From contig JBFWOZ010000045.1 of NCBI GenBank assembly GCA_050250255.1, positions 1-23,789 on the forward strand: a DNA stretch of 23,789 nucleotides, read 5' to 3'. A model generated the notes under the pieces. That model was not told where the DNA came from. It made no database searches and worked only from the letters and a program-made list of their open reading frames with translations. Both the position numbers and the translations under genes were made by a program. This DNA is from Bdellovibrionales bacterium (GTDB taxonomy: Bacteria > Bdellovibrionota > Bdellovibrionia > Bdellovibrionales > DASUEL01). Positions within the stretch are counted from its first letter, which is position 1. Each line of letters opens with the position of its first letter. Below are positions 7,859 through 16,398 of this stretch, in pieces.

Positions 7859-9498
7859 TAATGAACATCCTGTTCTTCAACGACTTGTGGCTCTGATGTA
7901 CTCTCCTGGTTGGATGTTACACAGGACTCAACTGTCATTGAAATTTGTAATTGGATGTCACGGGCTATGTAAATATCATGGGCTACAGCGAAGTAGAGTG
8001 TAGAAAGGGATTCACCTAAAGAATCGTAAATCAGAGTGAAGGGATCTGGACTTAATGAATTTTCTAATAATTTCTGCAATGGAAGTGCGAGTTCTGCAAT
8101 TTCAATTTCTCCGCTTTGTGTTTTATGGCTGGCCTCAGCTAGGCGGTGCATAAAGAAATCGTTAGGAGGCTCTTTGCCTTCAAAAAACTTTGGGTTTATA
8201 TGCTCTTGGCTTATAAAATCTGTAGGAAAATCCCCAGAGCAAATTTTTTGTCCAACTAAACATAACATTCCCGCTCGATGATCGTGAGATTTTATATGTC
8301 TATGAACTTTTACATTTAGAAGAAGGGAATCCAAGGAAATAACATCAAAGCGCTGAGGTAAATCTGAAAGATCAATAGCGAATAAAATTTGAGAATTTTC
8401 AACATATGGTACGCCGTCAGTGTTGATTTTCATAGACCTGCCTGGATCGCGTTTTTTAAAGCGTCCATTTTTGGTAATGAAAGGAAAATTTGTGAGGCTC
8501 TTTTTTTCCTGGTTTGTTAATGCTCGACCTTGAAGTTGAATGGTTCGCGGGCGTGGACTGCAGTCTCTTGTAGTTTGAATTTGCTTGAGCCTTTCAAGAG
8601 AAATGACTCGGGTCAGTTCTTTTGCATAAGGAAGAACATCGAGACCTACGAGTGCGCGAATGCTGGCATTATTTCCTGGCTCAATTTCTCCATAAGAGCC
8701 ACCTATGCTAAGTATTCCACCACGAAAAATCGCAATGCGGCTTCCAACATAAATATCTCCTGGACCATCTCCTGGGCTCATTCCGGGTAATAGAGATGTA
8801 GTGCCTTCAAGATTAAGGGCTACTCTTCGGCCTATAGGAATTCGAATACCTGCAGCGAGAGGGTACTGTATGCTGTAGTCAATACTCTCGTGTGTGGCAC
8901 CCGGAGATCTCAGGTAGCCCGTATTTACTGTGGCAGCCCAGTGTTTAAAATTTTTCTCAAAAAGTAGTCTTCCTCCAAAGCCAGTCGTTTTATTGGAAAT
9001 GAAAGGATGGTTGTTGGGGAGGGGGATATAAACTTCTGGAGCCAGTGAGAGTCCCCAACTATTTTCTTTTTGTATTAAACTATATTTGGCCATGAGGTGA
9101 TAATCGTTAAAGCCAGAGTAAGAACTCTCGTTATGAGGTTGCACGATGCTGACTCCGAGATCAGAGCCCACTTGTAATTTGGAATTGATGAGCCAGGCTC
9201 CGCCGAGCTGCAGACTGCTTGTTCTCTTAATAAGAGTTTTTTTTTCTGTTCCATTGGTTGAGTAGCTTATAATGGGCGATTCTACAGTATTAAAGAGACT
9301 GGTAAACAAAAGCGATTGTTCTTTTACATCGTAGGGGTTTAGCCAAAGCTGCGCGTCCTCAACTATTTGATAGTAAGGATTCAATGCTGGACGGAGCGTT
9401 TGTGATGTTACATCTGCAAAAGTCATAATATTTGATAAATAAGCAAAACAAACAAAAATCGTGATCCAAAAGTTAGTCTGTAAGATAGGCCCTACCAT
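7858..9498 (-). CDS. Exported protein with a predicted N-terminal outer-membrane beta-barrel and an unknown Cys-containing C-terminal domain
   Basis: N-terminal signal sequence; alternating amphipathic strands over about the first 290 aa; its stop overlaps the kinase start (TAATG). Confidence 0.6.
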   Translation of the reverse strand: MVGPILQTNFWITIFVCFAYLSNIMTFADVTSQTLRPALNPYYQIVEDAQLWLNPYDVKEQSLLFTSLFNTVESPIISYSTNGTEKKTLIKRTSSLQLGGAWLINSKLQVGSDLGVSIVQPHNESSYSGFNDYHLMAKYSLIQKENSWGLSLAPEVYIPLPNNHPFISNKTTGFGGRLLFEKNFKHWAATVNTGYLRSPGATHESIDYSIQYPLAAGIRIPIGRRVALNLEGTTSLLPGMSPGDGPGDIYVGSRIAIFRGGILSIGGSYGEIEPGNNASIRALVGLDVLPYAKELTRVISLERLKQIQTTRDCSPRPRTIQLQGRALTNQEKKSLTNFPFITKNGRFKKRDPGRSMKINTDGVPYVENSQILFAIDLSDLPQRFDVISLDSLLLNVKVHRHIKSHDHRAGMLCLVGQKICSGDFPTDFISQEHINPKFFEGKEPPNDFFMHRLAEASHKTQSGEIEIAELALPLQKLLENSLSPDPFTLIYDSLGESLSTLYFAVAHDIYIARDIQLQISMTVESCVTSNQESTSEPQVVEEQDVH

Positions 9499-9608
9499 TC
9501 GTATCGGACATATTTATAAATAATTACAATTTATAAATTAATATTATTTACATAAGACATAGGATAGCTATATGAATTTTGTATGTAAACCAATAAAGGA
9601 TTGAGCCT

Positions 9609-11579
9609 TTAAAAAAGACTTCCGGTCAGCAGCGTCGATCCGTTGATGGTAGTCAATGTTGCGCTGATAGTGGTGGACCCAATACCTATGCCAGTGGCTC
9701 GACCTTTTGTGGCCGCCGCATTGCTAATCGTTGCTGCAAGTATGTTGGTGGAGGCCCAAGTTACACTAGCCGTTAAATTCTGCGTCGAACCGTCCGCATA
9801 GACACCCATTGCCGTGAACTGTTTCGTAGCAAGCGGAGTGATTGTAGAGTTGCTAGGCGTGACTGTAATTGAAACAAGTACTGGTGGTATGACGGTTACG
9901 GTGGTTTGTCCTGTTACGCCACTAAAAGCGGCAAAAACAGTGGTAGATCCCACTGCCACACCAGTTGTTAAGCCCCAGCTTCCTGAGGCATTGCTCACAG
10001 TAGCAATCGCTGCGTTCGCTGTAGACCACGTCACAGAACTGGTTATATTTAATTGAGTTCCGTCGGAATAGCTCCCTGTTGCAGTCATCTGTCGGTTCCC
10101 GATACCAGAGATGGTGGGATTTGCCGGTGTGACTGTGATAGAAATTAATGTCGCTGGACTTATGCTTAGGGTTGTTTGCCCTGCAATCGCACCTAAAGTT
10201 GCTGAGGCAATCGCGGTACCTGCTGCTATGCCCGAGACTAACCCTTCAGTTCCTCCACTATTACTCACGGACATGATGGCGCCATTGCTGGTGCTCCAAA
10301 TGACAGCTGTTGTGAGATTCAGGGTGGAGGCATCCGTATAACTTCCTGTTGCTGTGAGTTGTACAGTGTTAGAAACAGAGATTGTGGGATTGGTGGGCGT
10401 GACATCAATAGAAACAAGTTCTGCGGCTGTCACAGTAGGTGTTGTTTGCCCGGTAACCGCACCTCGAGTTGCAGAAATTGTGGTACTTCCGATCCCTGCG
10501 GCTGTGAGCAATCCAAAAGTTCCTAAGCTATTCCCAACGTTGGCAACAAGAGCGTCTAATGAGCCCCATGTAACAAACTCAGTGATATCACTCGTTGATA
10601 AATCAGAGAAATGACCGGTTGCTGTCAGCTGCTGAGTAAGACCTTTGGCAAGAGTAGGGTTGGCGGGAGTAATAGTAATGGAATTCAAAGTGGGATTTGT
10701 CACGGTCACACTCGCTGAATCACTCAAGCCTCCGAAATTGGCAATCACTGATGTGTTACCAGTTTGCAAAGCGGTTAAGTGTCCCATTGTGCCAACTGTA
10801 TTACTAATTGTAGCGACAGTTCCTGCTGTGACCGACCAAGTTGTAAGCGTTGTAATGTCTGCTGTTGTAAAATCTGTGTAGATACCCGTAGCAGTAAAAG
10901 AAGTTTCTAATCCCTGCACAACGGTTGCAGTTTTAGGTCCGACTTGAATCATCATGAGTTCTTTTGGAAGAATCGTAATTCCCGTGGAACCTTGTATTCC
11001 ATCAAAGATGGCTGAAATCGTTGAATTCCCTTCGTTTGCTGCGGTGACAAGACCTCTTGTGTGAAAATCTGTGGAGACAAGTGCCGCTGCAGGAATGCTA
11101 GAAGACCAAGTTGCGGAGGTGGTCACATTCAAATAATTATTATCAGAAAAAATGCAAATACTAGAAAATTGAATTCTTGCCCCAACCTTGTAGGTTAAAT
11201 CTGCAGGGGTGACGGCACAAGTTACGGGTGTTGCCGCAGAGATAATGATGGGCCGTAGGCCTTGAATTGAGCCAAGTGTAGCTTTTAATAATGTACTCCC
11301 TGGGGTGAGACCACGAATCCAACCAGGATTTCCACTATTGCCAACTTCTATGGTGGCGGATGTGCTTTCCCAGGTGGCCGTTTGGGTGATTGAGAGTCTC
11401 TCTCCGTTGGAATAAATTCCAAAAGCTTCGCAGGGAATGTAGACATTTTTTGGTATCTGATCCTTTTCGCAAGAAATTTCAATTTCTATTATAGCTGGAA
11501 TGCTAAAAGGCAATACAGGCCGTTTACATGATGTATTGGTGACCAAAATGATCAAAAATAGAATTTCAAAGTATCTCAT
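9609..11579 (-). CDS. Lipoprotein with 7 tandem Big_2 (Ig-like group 2) repeats, LigA-like adhesin
   Basis: ATG at 11579 gives MRYFEILFLIILVTNTSC (lipobox-like Cys); seven ~90-aa repeats of the form SIxVTP...QxTATGxYxDxxxxxxTxxVTWxS. Confidence 0.85.
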   Translation of the reverse strand: MRYFEILFLIILVTNTSCKRPVLPFSIPAIIEIEISCEKDQIPKNVYIPCEAFGIYSNGERLSITQTATWESTSATIEVGNSGNPGWIRGLTPGSTLLKATLGSIQGLRPIIISAATPVTCAVTPADLTYKVGARIQFSSICIFSDNNYLNVTTSATWSSSIPAAALVSTDFHTRGLVTAANEGNSTISAIFDGIQGSTGITILPKELMMIQVGPKTATVVQGLETSFTATGIYTDFTTADITTLTTWSVTAGTVATISNTVGTMGHLTALQTGNTSVIANFGGLSDSASVTVTNPTLNSITITPANPTLAKGLTQQLTATGHFSDLSTSDITEFVTWGSLDALVANVGNSLGTFGLLTAAGIGSTTISATRGAVTGQTTPTVTAAELVSIDVTPTNPTISVSNTVQLTATGSYTDASTLNLTTAVIWSTSNGAIMSVSNSGGTEGLVSGIAAGTAIASATLGAIAGQTTLSISPATLISITVTPANPTISGIGNRQMTATGSYSDGTQLNITSSVTWSTANAAIATVSNASGSWGLTTGVAVGSTTVFAAFSGVTGQTTVTVIPPVLVSITVTPSNSTITPLATKQFTAMGVYADGSTQNLTASVTWASTNILAATISNAAATKGRATGIGIGSTTISATLTTINGSTLLTGSLF

Positions 11580-11792
11580 CAATAGATAGCCTTTTATAAA
11601 CAATGTAAGTTTAACTCGGCTATAGATAGTAGAAGCTAGAACAAATGTCTTGATGAGGTTCACTGAAGTTCTCAATTTCAATCAAAAATGTGTTCCATTT
11701 TTAGATTGTCACGAACTCTTCATACTTTTCTAATTTTTAGAGCAAGCTTTAGAGCCAGAATAAGTATGTCCGCATAGATAAAGGAGGGGCGT

Positions 11793-12128
11793 GTGATTCC
11801 CTATAGTCGACAGGAACGACATATTTTTAAAAAAATGCAAGCCATCGAAGATATGGTCCTTATATGGCTTTTTGCTACTTTCTTTTTTGTTGCATACCTC
11901 TATCCAGATCTGGTGGTTTTGCGTCCAAAAAATAGACCAATACCTCTATTGATACAAAAAGACTTAAATCTAACGATCCCCATGGAGACTCAGCAAGTGT
12001 CTAAAATCAAGAATCCACCATTGAAAACTCACGAAATCATTAGTCCTGAGTTGGCTATGAAAATAAAAGAACTGGCACGACGAGCTGACAAAATCAATGA
12101 ATTGGTTCGCCAGATGGGAGTGCCATGA
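11793..12128 (+). CDS. Small single-TM hypothetical protein
   Basis: GTG start with RBS AAGGAGG; one hydrophobic segment; its stop overlaps the next start. Confidence 0.65.
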   Translation: MIPYSRQERHIFKKMQAIEDMVLIWLFATFFFVAYLYPDLVVLRPKNRPIPLLIQKDLNLTIPMETQQVSKIKNPPLKTHEIISPELAMKIKELARRADKINELVRQMGVP

Positions 12129-13151
12129 GTTTATCGCAAACAAAATACACAGAGTTAGATGCTCAATTTAACGGTATTCCTATCGATGATTTTATATCGG
12201 GTAGTCAGGTGCATGCCGATATTTATCTTAGGCTCTCTGAGAACAAATATTTAAAAGTGGGACATAGAGGACAGCGATTTGATGAAGTTCGACTAGAAAA
12301 CTATCGTAAAAAAGGGCTGGATGAAGTTTTTCTTACGAAAAACGATTTTGCCAAATATGTAGGATTTAATTTGGAGTTAGCAAAAAAAAGTGACTTCTGA
12401 TGTGTCTATAGATGTAGCAAAAAAAGTGAATTTTTTGCGCCATACGAGTCAAATGGTAGTGGAGTCTATATTTTTAGATGGTCTAAATGTTGCGCATTTT
12501 GAAAAAGCTCAGAAAGTAACTGAGTCCATGATTTCTTTGTTGTGCGAAGACGATGATATATTGAACATGCTCCAAATGTTAGACAAGCAATCCCATTTTT
12601 TATATTCTCACAGCGTAGGTGTAAGTATCTATAGCACCCTCCTTGCAAGGGAGCTAGGTTGGACCTCCCAAGTGAATCTATTCAAAGTGACTACAGCGGG
12701 TCTTTTTCATGACATAGGTTTAAAGGAATTAGACCCCGCTCTTCTTAAGAAGTCGCGTTATCAAATGAAACTTGAAGAGGTGAAAATTTATGAGACACAT
12801 CCAGCGCGTGGAAAAGAAATTTTAAATAGCATTGCTTCGATTCCACCAGACATTGCTCTTATCGCCTACCAGCATCACGAAAAGTACTCAAACGATGGAT
12901 ATCCTCGTCGTCTTAAAAAACAAAATATTCATCCTATGGCGGGTTTGATTGCGGTTGCGGATACCTTTTGTGATTTAGCACTGAAAGGGCCAAATAGTGC
13001 CGGCATAACAGCGTCTCAGGCGCTTATAAATTTGATGGAATTTCATGGACAGGAACTGGAGCCACGTTATGTGACGGCTCTTTTAAAATTGTTCAAATTT
13101 CCAATTCCAAAACCGTACATCAAATATGTGAATCAGTATAAAGCTTCATGA
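12125..13151 (+). pseudogene. HD-GYP domain phosphodiesterase, split at an A8 tract
   Basis: Motifs HSVGV, GLFHDIG, HP..G, HHE....GYP, IAVAD; an A7 instead of A8 at 12382-12389 would fuse ORFs 12125..12400 and 12390..13151. Confidence 0.85.
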
Positions 13152-13161
13152 AAATTGAAGG

Positions 13162-13227
13162 TTGGTGACCGTCGACCTAGGCTGGTCGAACCACTCACGG
13201 TAATTAGAATGTATCAGGTGAAGTGGA
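13162..13227 (+). repeat. Att-like half-site copy A (core + right arm) plus the start of an HTH relic
   Basis: 57/66 nt identical to 15532-15597 (31/32 over TTGGTGACCnTCGACCTAGGCTGGTCGAACCA). Confidence 0.9.
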
Positions 13228-14096
13228 CGTCTTCCACATACTAAGGACGGACACAGTCTAAGATTGCCGCTTATGTCTCGCAGTTTTACTTGATTTTTTG
13301 TATAACAAAATCTTTGTATGCCCCATAAATGAATTCAGCTCCCACACCACCAGATAAAAGAGTAATGATTCCATTGCCGCTAATGCCCGGGGCAAGTATG
13401 CCGTCGTATTGTTTTGCTATTGCCACATTGGCAGTAACTGCAATGCCTCCACCACTCTCGCCGCCTCGATACTGACCAGTTATATTTTTTGGTGATGAAC
13501 CATAATAAGTTAAAAACAAGGCTTGCACAGCACCACCAGACTGCAGGCCTGCGGAGAGTGATAAGACTCGATAAAGGCTTCCGTCACTACTTCTGCAGAT
13601 TCCGATTGAGGTTCCGAATAAATAGGCAAACCTGCCATTGAGACACATCATGAAAGCATACGATTTTGTGGAACCTTCATTTTCAGAAACTTTATTCTTT
13701 GCCTCAGCGTTTAACATTTGTTGGTCAATCTCCACTCGCTGCTCTGTCGTGAGCCGATTGTAACCCTCATCCCAAACTGATTCAGCATCTTCTGCACTTA
13801 TATTTGTGTTGCCAGCCCCTGAAGCAGGCACAAACATCGCCGTCATGATCAAAAACGTTAGTAACTTCATGCTTCCTCCAATAATATCAAACAGCTGTTC
13901 TTATGCTTGTGCAAATCATGCCAACTCGCACAGGATTTGTACTGACGTGAGAATGCTTTCGTACAGACCAAGTGTAAAAGTCTTGAACACCAACTGACAA
14001 TCCTCGCATCTTGAATGCGAATATAGAAGTTTGAAAATCTAGGAGGATCGGCGGCAGATTTTTGTAAGTGGTTGGAAGAGTTAGTGAAGTGGACGT
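13218..14096. repeat. 13-bp direct repeat GTGAAGTGGACGT flanking an inserted gene
   Basis: Exact copies at 13218-13230 and 14084-14096. Confidence 0.8.
13286..13870 (-). CDS. Secreted Gly-rich beta-strand protein (loosely DUF992-like)
   Basis: RBS GGAGG; signal peptide MKLLTFLIMTAMFVPASG; ITGQYRGGESGGG motif; the family call is weak. Confidence 0.7.
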   Translation of the reverse strand: MKLLTFLIMTAMFVPASGAGNTNISAEDAESVWDEGYNRLTTEQRVEIDQQMLNAEAKNKVSENEGSTKSYAFMMCLNGRFAYLFGTSIGICRSSDGSLYRVLSLSAGLQSGGAVQALFLTYYGSSPKNITGQYRGGESGGGIAVTANVAIAKQYDGILAPGISGNGIITLLSGGVGAEFIYGAYKDFVIQKIK

Positions 14097-14134
14097 AGGT
14101 CTTGAGATTGATTTGGTTTAAGTGACAACCCCCA

Positions 14135-14250
14135 CCCACATCGCAGAAATCTAGGCAAAGTCAGGCCGGCCTCCTGAAAGAAAATATTTATTTTCTTTTT
14201 TTGGAATTCGAAGAAAAAGTATTCATCTCTGGAAGAAATCAAAGGATATG
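14135..14250 (+). pseudogene. Degenerate fragment of the SLT transglycosylase gene
   Basis: About 90% identical by eye to 17378-17494, with single-base indels. Confidence 0.9.
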
Positions 14251-14291
14251 TAGGTGTGGGCTGGCAAGCCTTCTGGCAGAAGAAATGAACC

Positions 14292-14924
14292 TTAAGCGGT
14301 GGCCACGGCGTATTCTTTGAATATTCTATGAGCAGGCTCATAGGAGCAGCCCAAAGTTTTTGCAATTTGATAAGGGGTTTTCATTCCCATTTCAATGGCA
14401 GTTATAATATCAGCTCGCCATGAGGCTCCAAACAGCAGGCGGTTGCGGTACTGGGGATTTACCTTTACTAAGCGTTGAGGTGTTAGCGCGTCTGAGGCTC
14501 GTATTCTTATGCTTCCTTTTGGAATTAAAAACCCATTTTTTCTATAATTAGATTCCTCGCCCTTTAATGAGATGGAGCTCATAGCTAAATCCTTGTCTAC
14601 TAATGAATGCAATCCCTTTTGTTTTTTTATTAATCTTTTCCATTGATGAAAGCCCAAGTTAGATGCGCAAATAGCTAAAGCAGCAAGCCATGGGGAGTTT
14701 TTCTTCTTTTGTAGCTTCATAAGTTTTTCTATAATTACATAATCACCATGAACAGAAATCCAACTGCATAATAACGGGAAAATTCGACTATCTTGAGTTA
14801 TCTCAAAGGAAGCTTCATAAATTGTGTTCTCAATATCTATCCAAGTAGATTGGTTTACCTTTCTTTGAACAACGATTTGAAGGCCAATATAATTAAGCTT
14901 CTGATCAAGATTTAAGTTACTCAT
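14292..14924 (-). CDS. Hypothetical protein with a C-terminal HTH, probable partner/antitoxin of the nucleotidyltransferase
   Basis: Overlaps the upstream gene; C-terminal TPYQIAKTLGCSYEPAHRI is HTH-like. Confidence 0.7.
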   Translation of the reverse strand: MSNLNLDQKLNYIGLQIVVQRKVNQSTWIDIENTIYEASFEITQDSRIFPLLCSWISVHGDYVIIEKLMKLQKKKNSPWLAALAICASNLGFHQWKRLIKKQKGLHSLVDKDLAMSSISLKGEESNYRKNGFLIPKGSIRIRASDALTPQRLVKVNPQYRNRLLFGASWRADIITAIEMGMKTPYQIAKTLGCSYEPAHRIFKEYAVATA

Positions 14925-15444
14925 AGCCTAAGGCCTTTCCAAGAAACGCAAAGGCCTTTTCTACGTGCTCTGGCCAATCAGGATTGCTATCTCGTTCCTT
15001 GACCCATTCAATTGCATTATTAAGTTCATCCTTTGTAGGTTTTAAACTTTTAAGATCTTCAAAGTCAGGAGTTGTTCGATCACAGTATGCAAAAAGTTTA
15101 GATTTGAGTAAATCATCGCGACCGAGCACTAGTAATTTGATCGCTATCCCAGAATACAGGGGTTGAGTTCTCTGTCGCCAATTCTTAGGTGAGTCTCTCT
15201 TTAAAGTTTCCGGGCCGTTGTTGAGCCAGCTAATATCAAGTAAAAGGTCCACTCTTGTTTTCGCAAATTCTTTTGAAGCGACTTTTATCGCTTCTGGTGT
15301 TTTGGGATCCAAGCAATCGACATCTTTTGTTTTTCGGGAACTAATATCTAAGATATTAAGAGCCGCACCACCCATGATAACGGCTTCAAATTTTAGATTT
15401 TGAGTGATTAAATATTTATCGAACTCAATGATAACATTCTTCAC
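14917..15444 (-). CDS. DUF6036-like nucleotidyltransferase (AbiEii clan)
   Basis: IMGGAAL...SRKTKDVD NTase motif, WLNNGP, DLLKSKL...DR...DFEDL; GTG start at 15444 just after a -10 box. Confidence 0.8.
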   Translation of the reverse strand: MKNVIIEFDKYLITQNLKFEAVIMGGAALNILDISSRKTKDVDCLDPKTPEAIKVASKEFAKTRVDLLLDISWLNNGPETLKRDSPKNWRQRTQPLYSGIAIKLLVLGRDDLLKSKLFAYCDRTTPDFEDLKSLKPTKDELNNAIEWVKERDSNPDWPEHVEKAFAFLGKALGYE

Positions 15445-15447
15445 ACA

Positions 15448-15479
15448 TGTATTGTACCATACAATACACCAATGATCAA
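15448..15479 (-). promoter_or_regulatory. Sigma70-like promoter with an overlapping palindrome
   Basis: On the minus strand TTGATC-N17-TACAAT with an extended TG; a perfect TGTATTGTA-cca-TACAATACA palindrome (15448-15468) covers the -10. Confidence 0.7.
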
Positions 15480-15530
15480 AATCAAATCCATTCTGATGTT
15501 TAAGCATTTGATTTTACTGTATTTTTATTA

Positions 15531-15729
15531 ATTGGTGACCCTCGACCTAGGCTGGTCGAACCATTCATAGTGATTAAAACATATCAGGTGCAGTGGAAGA
15601 GGCTAAAGATTGATAACGACGAGCTGGCAAGCCTTCGTTGGCGCAAGAAATGGTCCTAAGGCATATGCGAAACATTACGGAATTTCGAAATCTACAGGTT
15701 GTAAAAGGCTAAATCTCGTTAGCCGGTAA
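15531..15729 (+). pseudogene. Small HTH reading frame starting inside the att-like site, with one frameshift
   Basis: IGDPRPRLVEPFIVIKTYQVQWKRLKIDNDELASLRWRKKWS / KAYAKHYGISKSTGCKRLN; the AKHYGISKST segment is HTH-like; no clear in-frame start. Confidence 0.6.
15532..15563 (+). repeat. Att-like half-site copy B (core + right arm)
   Basis: TTGGTGACCCTCGACCTAGGCTGGTCGAACCA; the arm at 15546-15560 is the reverse complement (14/15) of 18413-18427. Confidence 0.9.
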
Positions 15730-15772
15730 GACATAATAAATAGACAACAGACGTCTATGCGTTTGGGCGGCG

Positions 15773-15806
15773 GAAAATGACATTTTTATTTAAAAATGTC
15801 ATTTTC
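15773..15806. promoter_or_regulatory. Perfect 16-bp inverted repeat, likely AbiEi operator
   Basis: GAAAATGACATTTTTA-tt-TAAAAATGTCATTTTC directly upstream of TATACT (15812-15817); AbiEi antitoxins are known to autorepress at promoter inverted repeats. Confidence 0.8.
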
Positions 15807-15825
15807 TGCCATATACTATTTAAAT

Positions 15826-16398
15826 ATGACAAAACAACAAGAATCAAAGCTTAAGAAACTTGGTCTTTTTACCCTTTCCCAGGCGAAGGAAGTGGGCATA
15901 AGTCATCAAGACCTTTCTCGGTTTGTAAAAGAAGATAAAGTCCTACGTATGGCTCGGGGGATCTATCGCCACCCTGGAATCACTGTTAATAGAGAAATTG
16001 ATTTTCAAGTGGCTTGTACGAAGTTCGGTCCTAATTCCGCCGTGGGTGGCCTTTCCGCTCTTTTCTATTACAACCTTGCCGAGCAAGTCCCTTTGCAAAC
16101 CTGGGTACTTGTTCCTTCAGAAAAAAGATCCCGAGAAAAAGGATATAGACTTATTCGAACACAAACCCCTCTTAATATTGGCATTATAGAAGGCAATAGC
16201 TATCGCATTGTTTCTATAGAACGAGCCATCGCTGAAGGTCTAAAGCTCGCCACTAAAATCGGTGAGCGCACCGCCATTAAGGCAGCACGGGATGCTATCA
16301 AGCAAAAACGAACAACTCTGAACAAGATTGGAAAAATGGCTAAAGATCTGGGCTTCGATTCATATTTAACCAAATACTTTGAGGCCATCGTCGCATGA
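15826..16398 (+). CDS. abiEi: Type IV TA antitoxin, AbiEi family
   Basis: GLFTLSQAKEVGIS...LSR......RMARGIY winged-HTH N-terminus; SALFYYNL; SIERAIAE. Confidence 0.85.
   Translation: MTKQQESKLKKLGLFTLSQAKEVGISHQDLSRFVKEDKVLRMARGIYRHPGITVNREIDFQVACTKFGPNSAVGGLSALFYYNLAEQVPLQTWVLVPSEKRSREKGYRLIRTQTPLNIGIIEGNSYRIVSIERAIAEGLKLATKIGERTAIKAARDAIKQKRTTLNKIGKMAKDLGFDSYLTKYFEAIVA

Noticed and set aside
9814..10881. Four similar plus-strand ORFs
   Set aside because: Antisense shadows of the Big_2 repeats.
11537..11545. A further TTGGTGACC core
   Set aside because: It lies inside the adhesin signal-peptide codons with no flanking arm; probably chance.
13162..13193. The reverse complement GGTTCGA...GGTCACCA looks like a tRNA 3' end
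   Set aside because: The spacing between the T-loop-like motif and the acceptor end is too long and no cloverleaf forms; at most the core mimics a tRNA-end target. No tRNA called.
13905..13925. Sigma54 promoter for the 13870 gene (TGGCATGATTTGCA on the minus strand)
   Set aside because: The GG-to-GC spacing is 8 nt rather than the required 10.
13806..14365. Short ORFs 13806..13997, 13867..14139 and 14081..14365
   Set aside because: They span promoter DNA and repeat debris, with no RBS or recognisable motifs.
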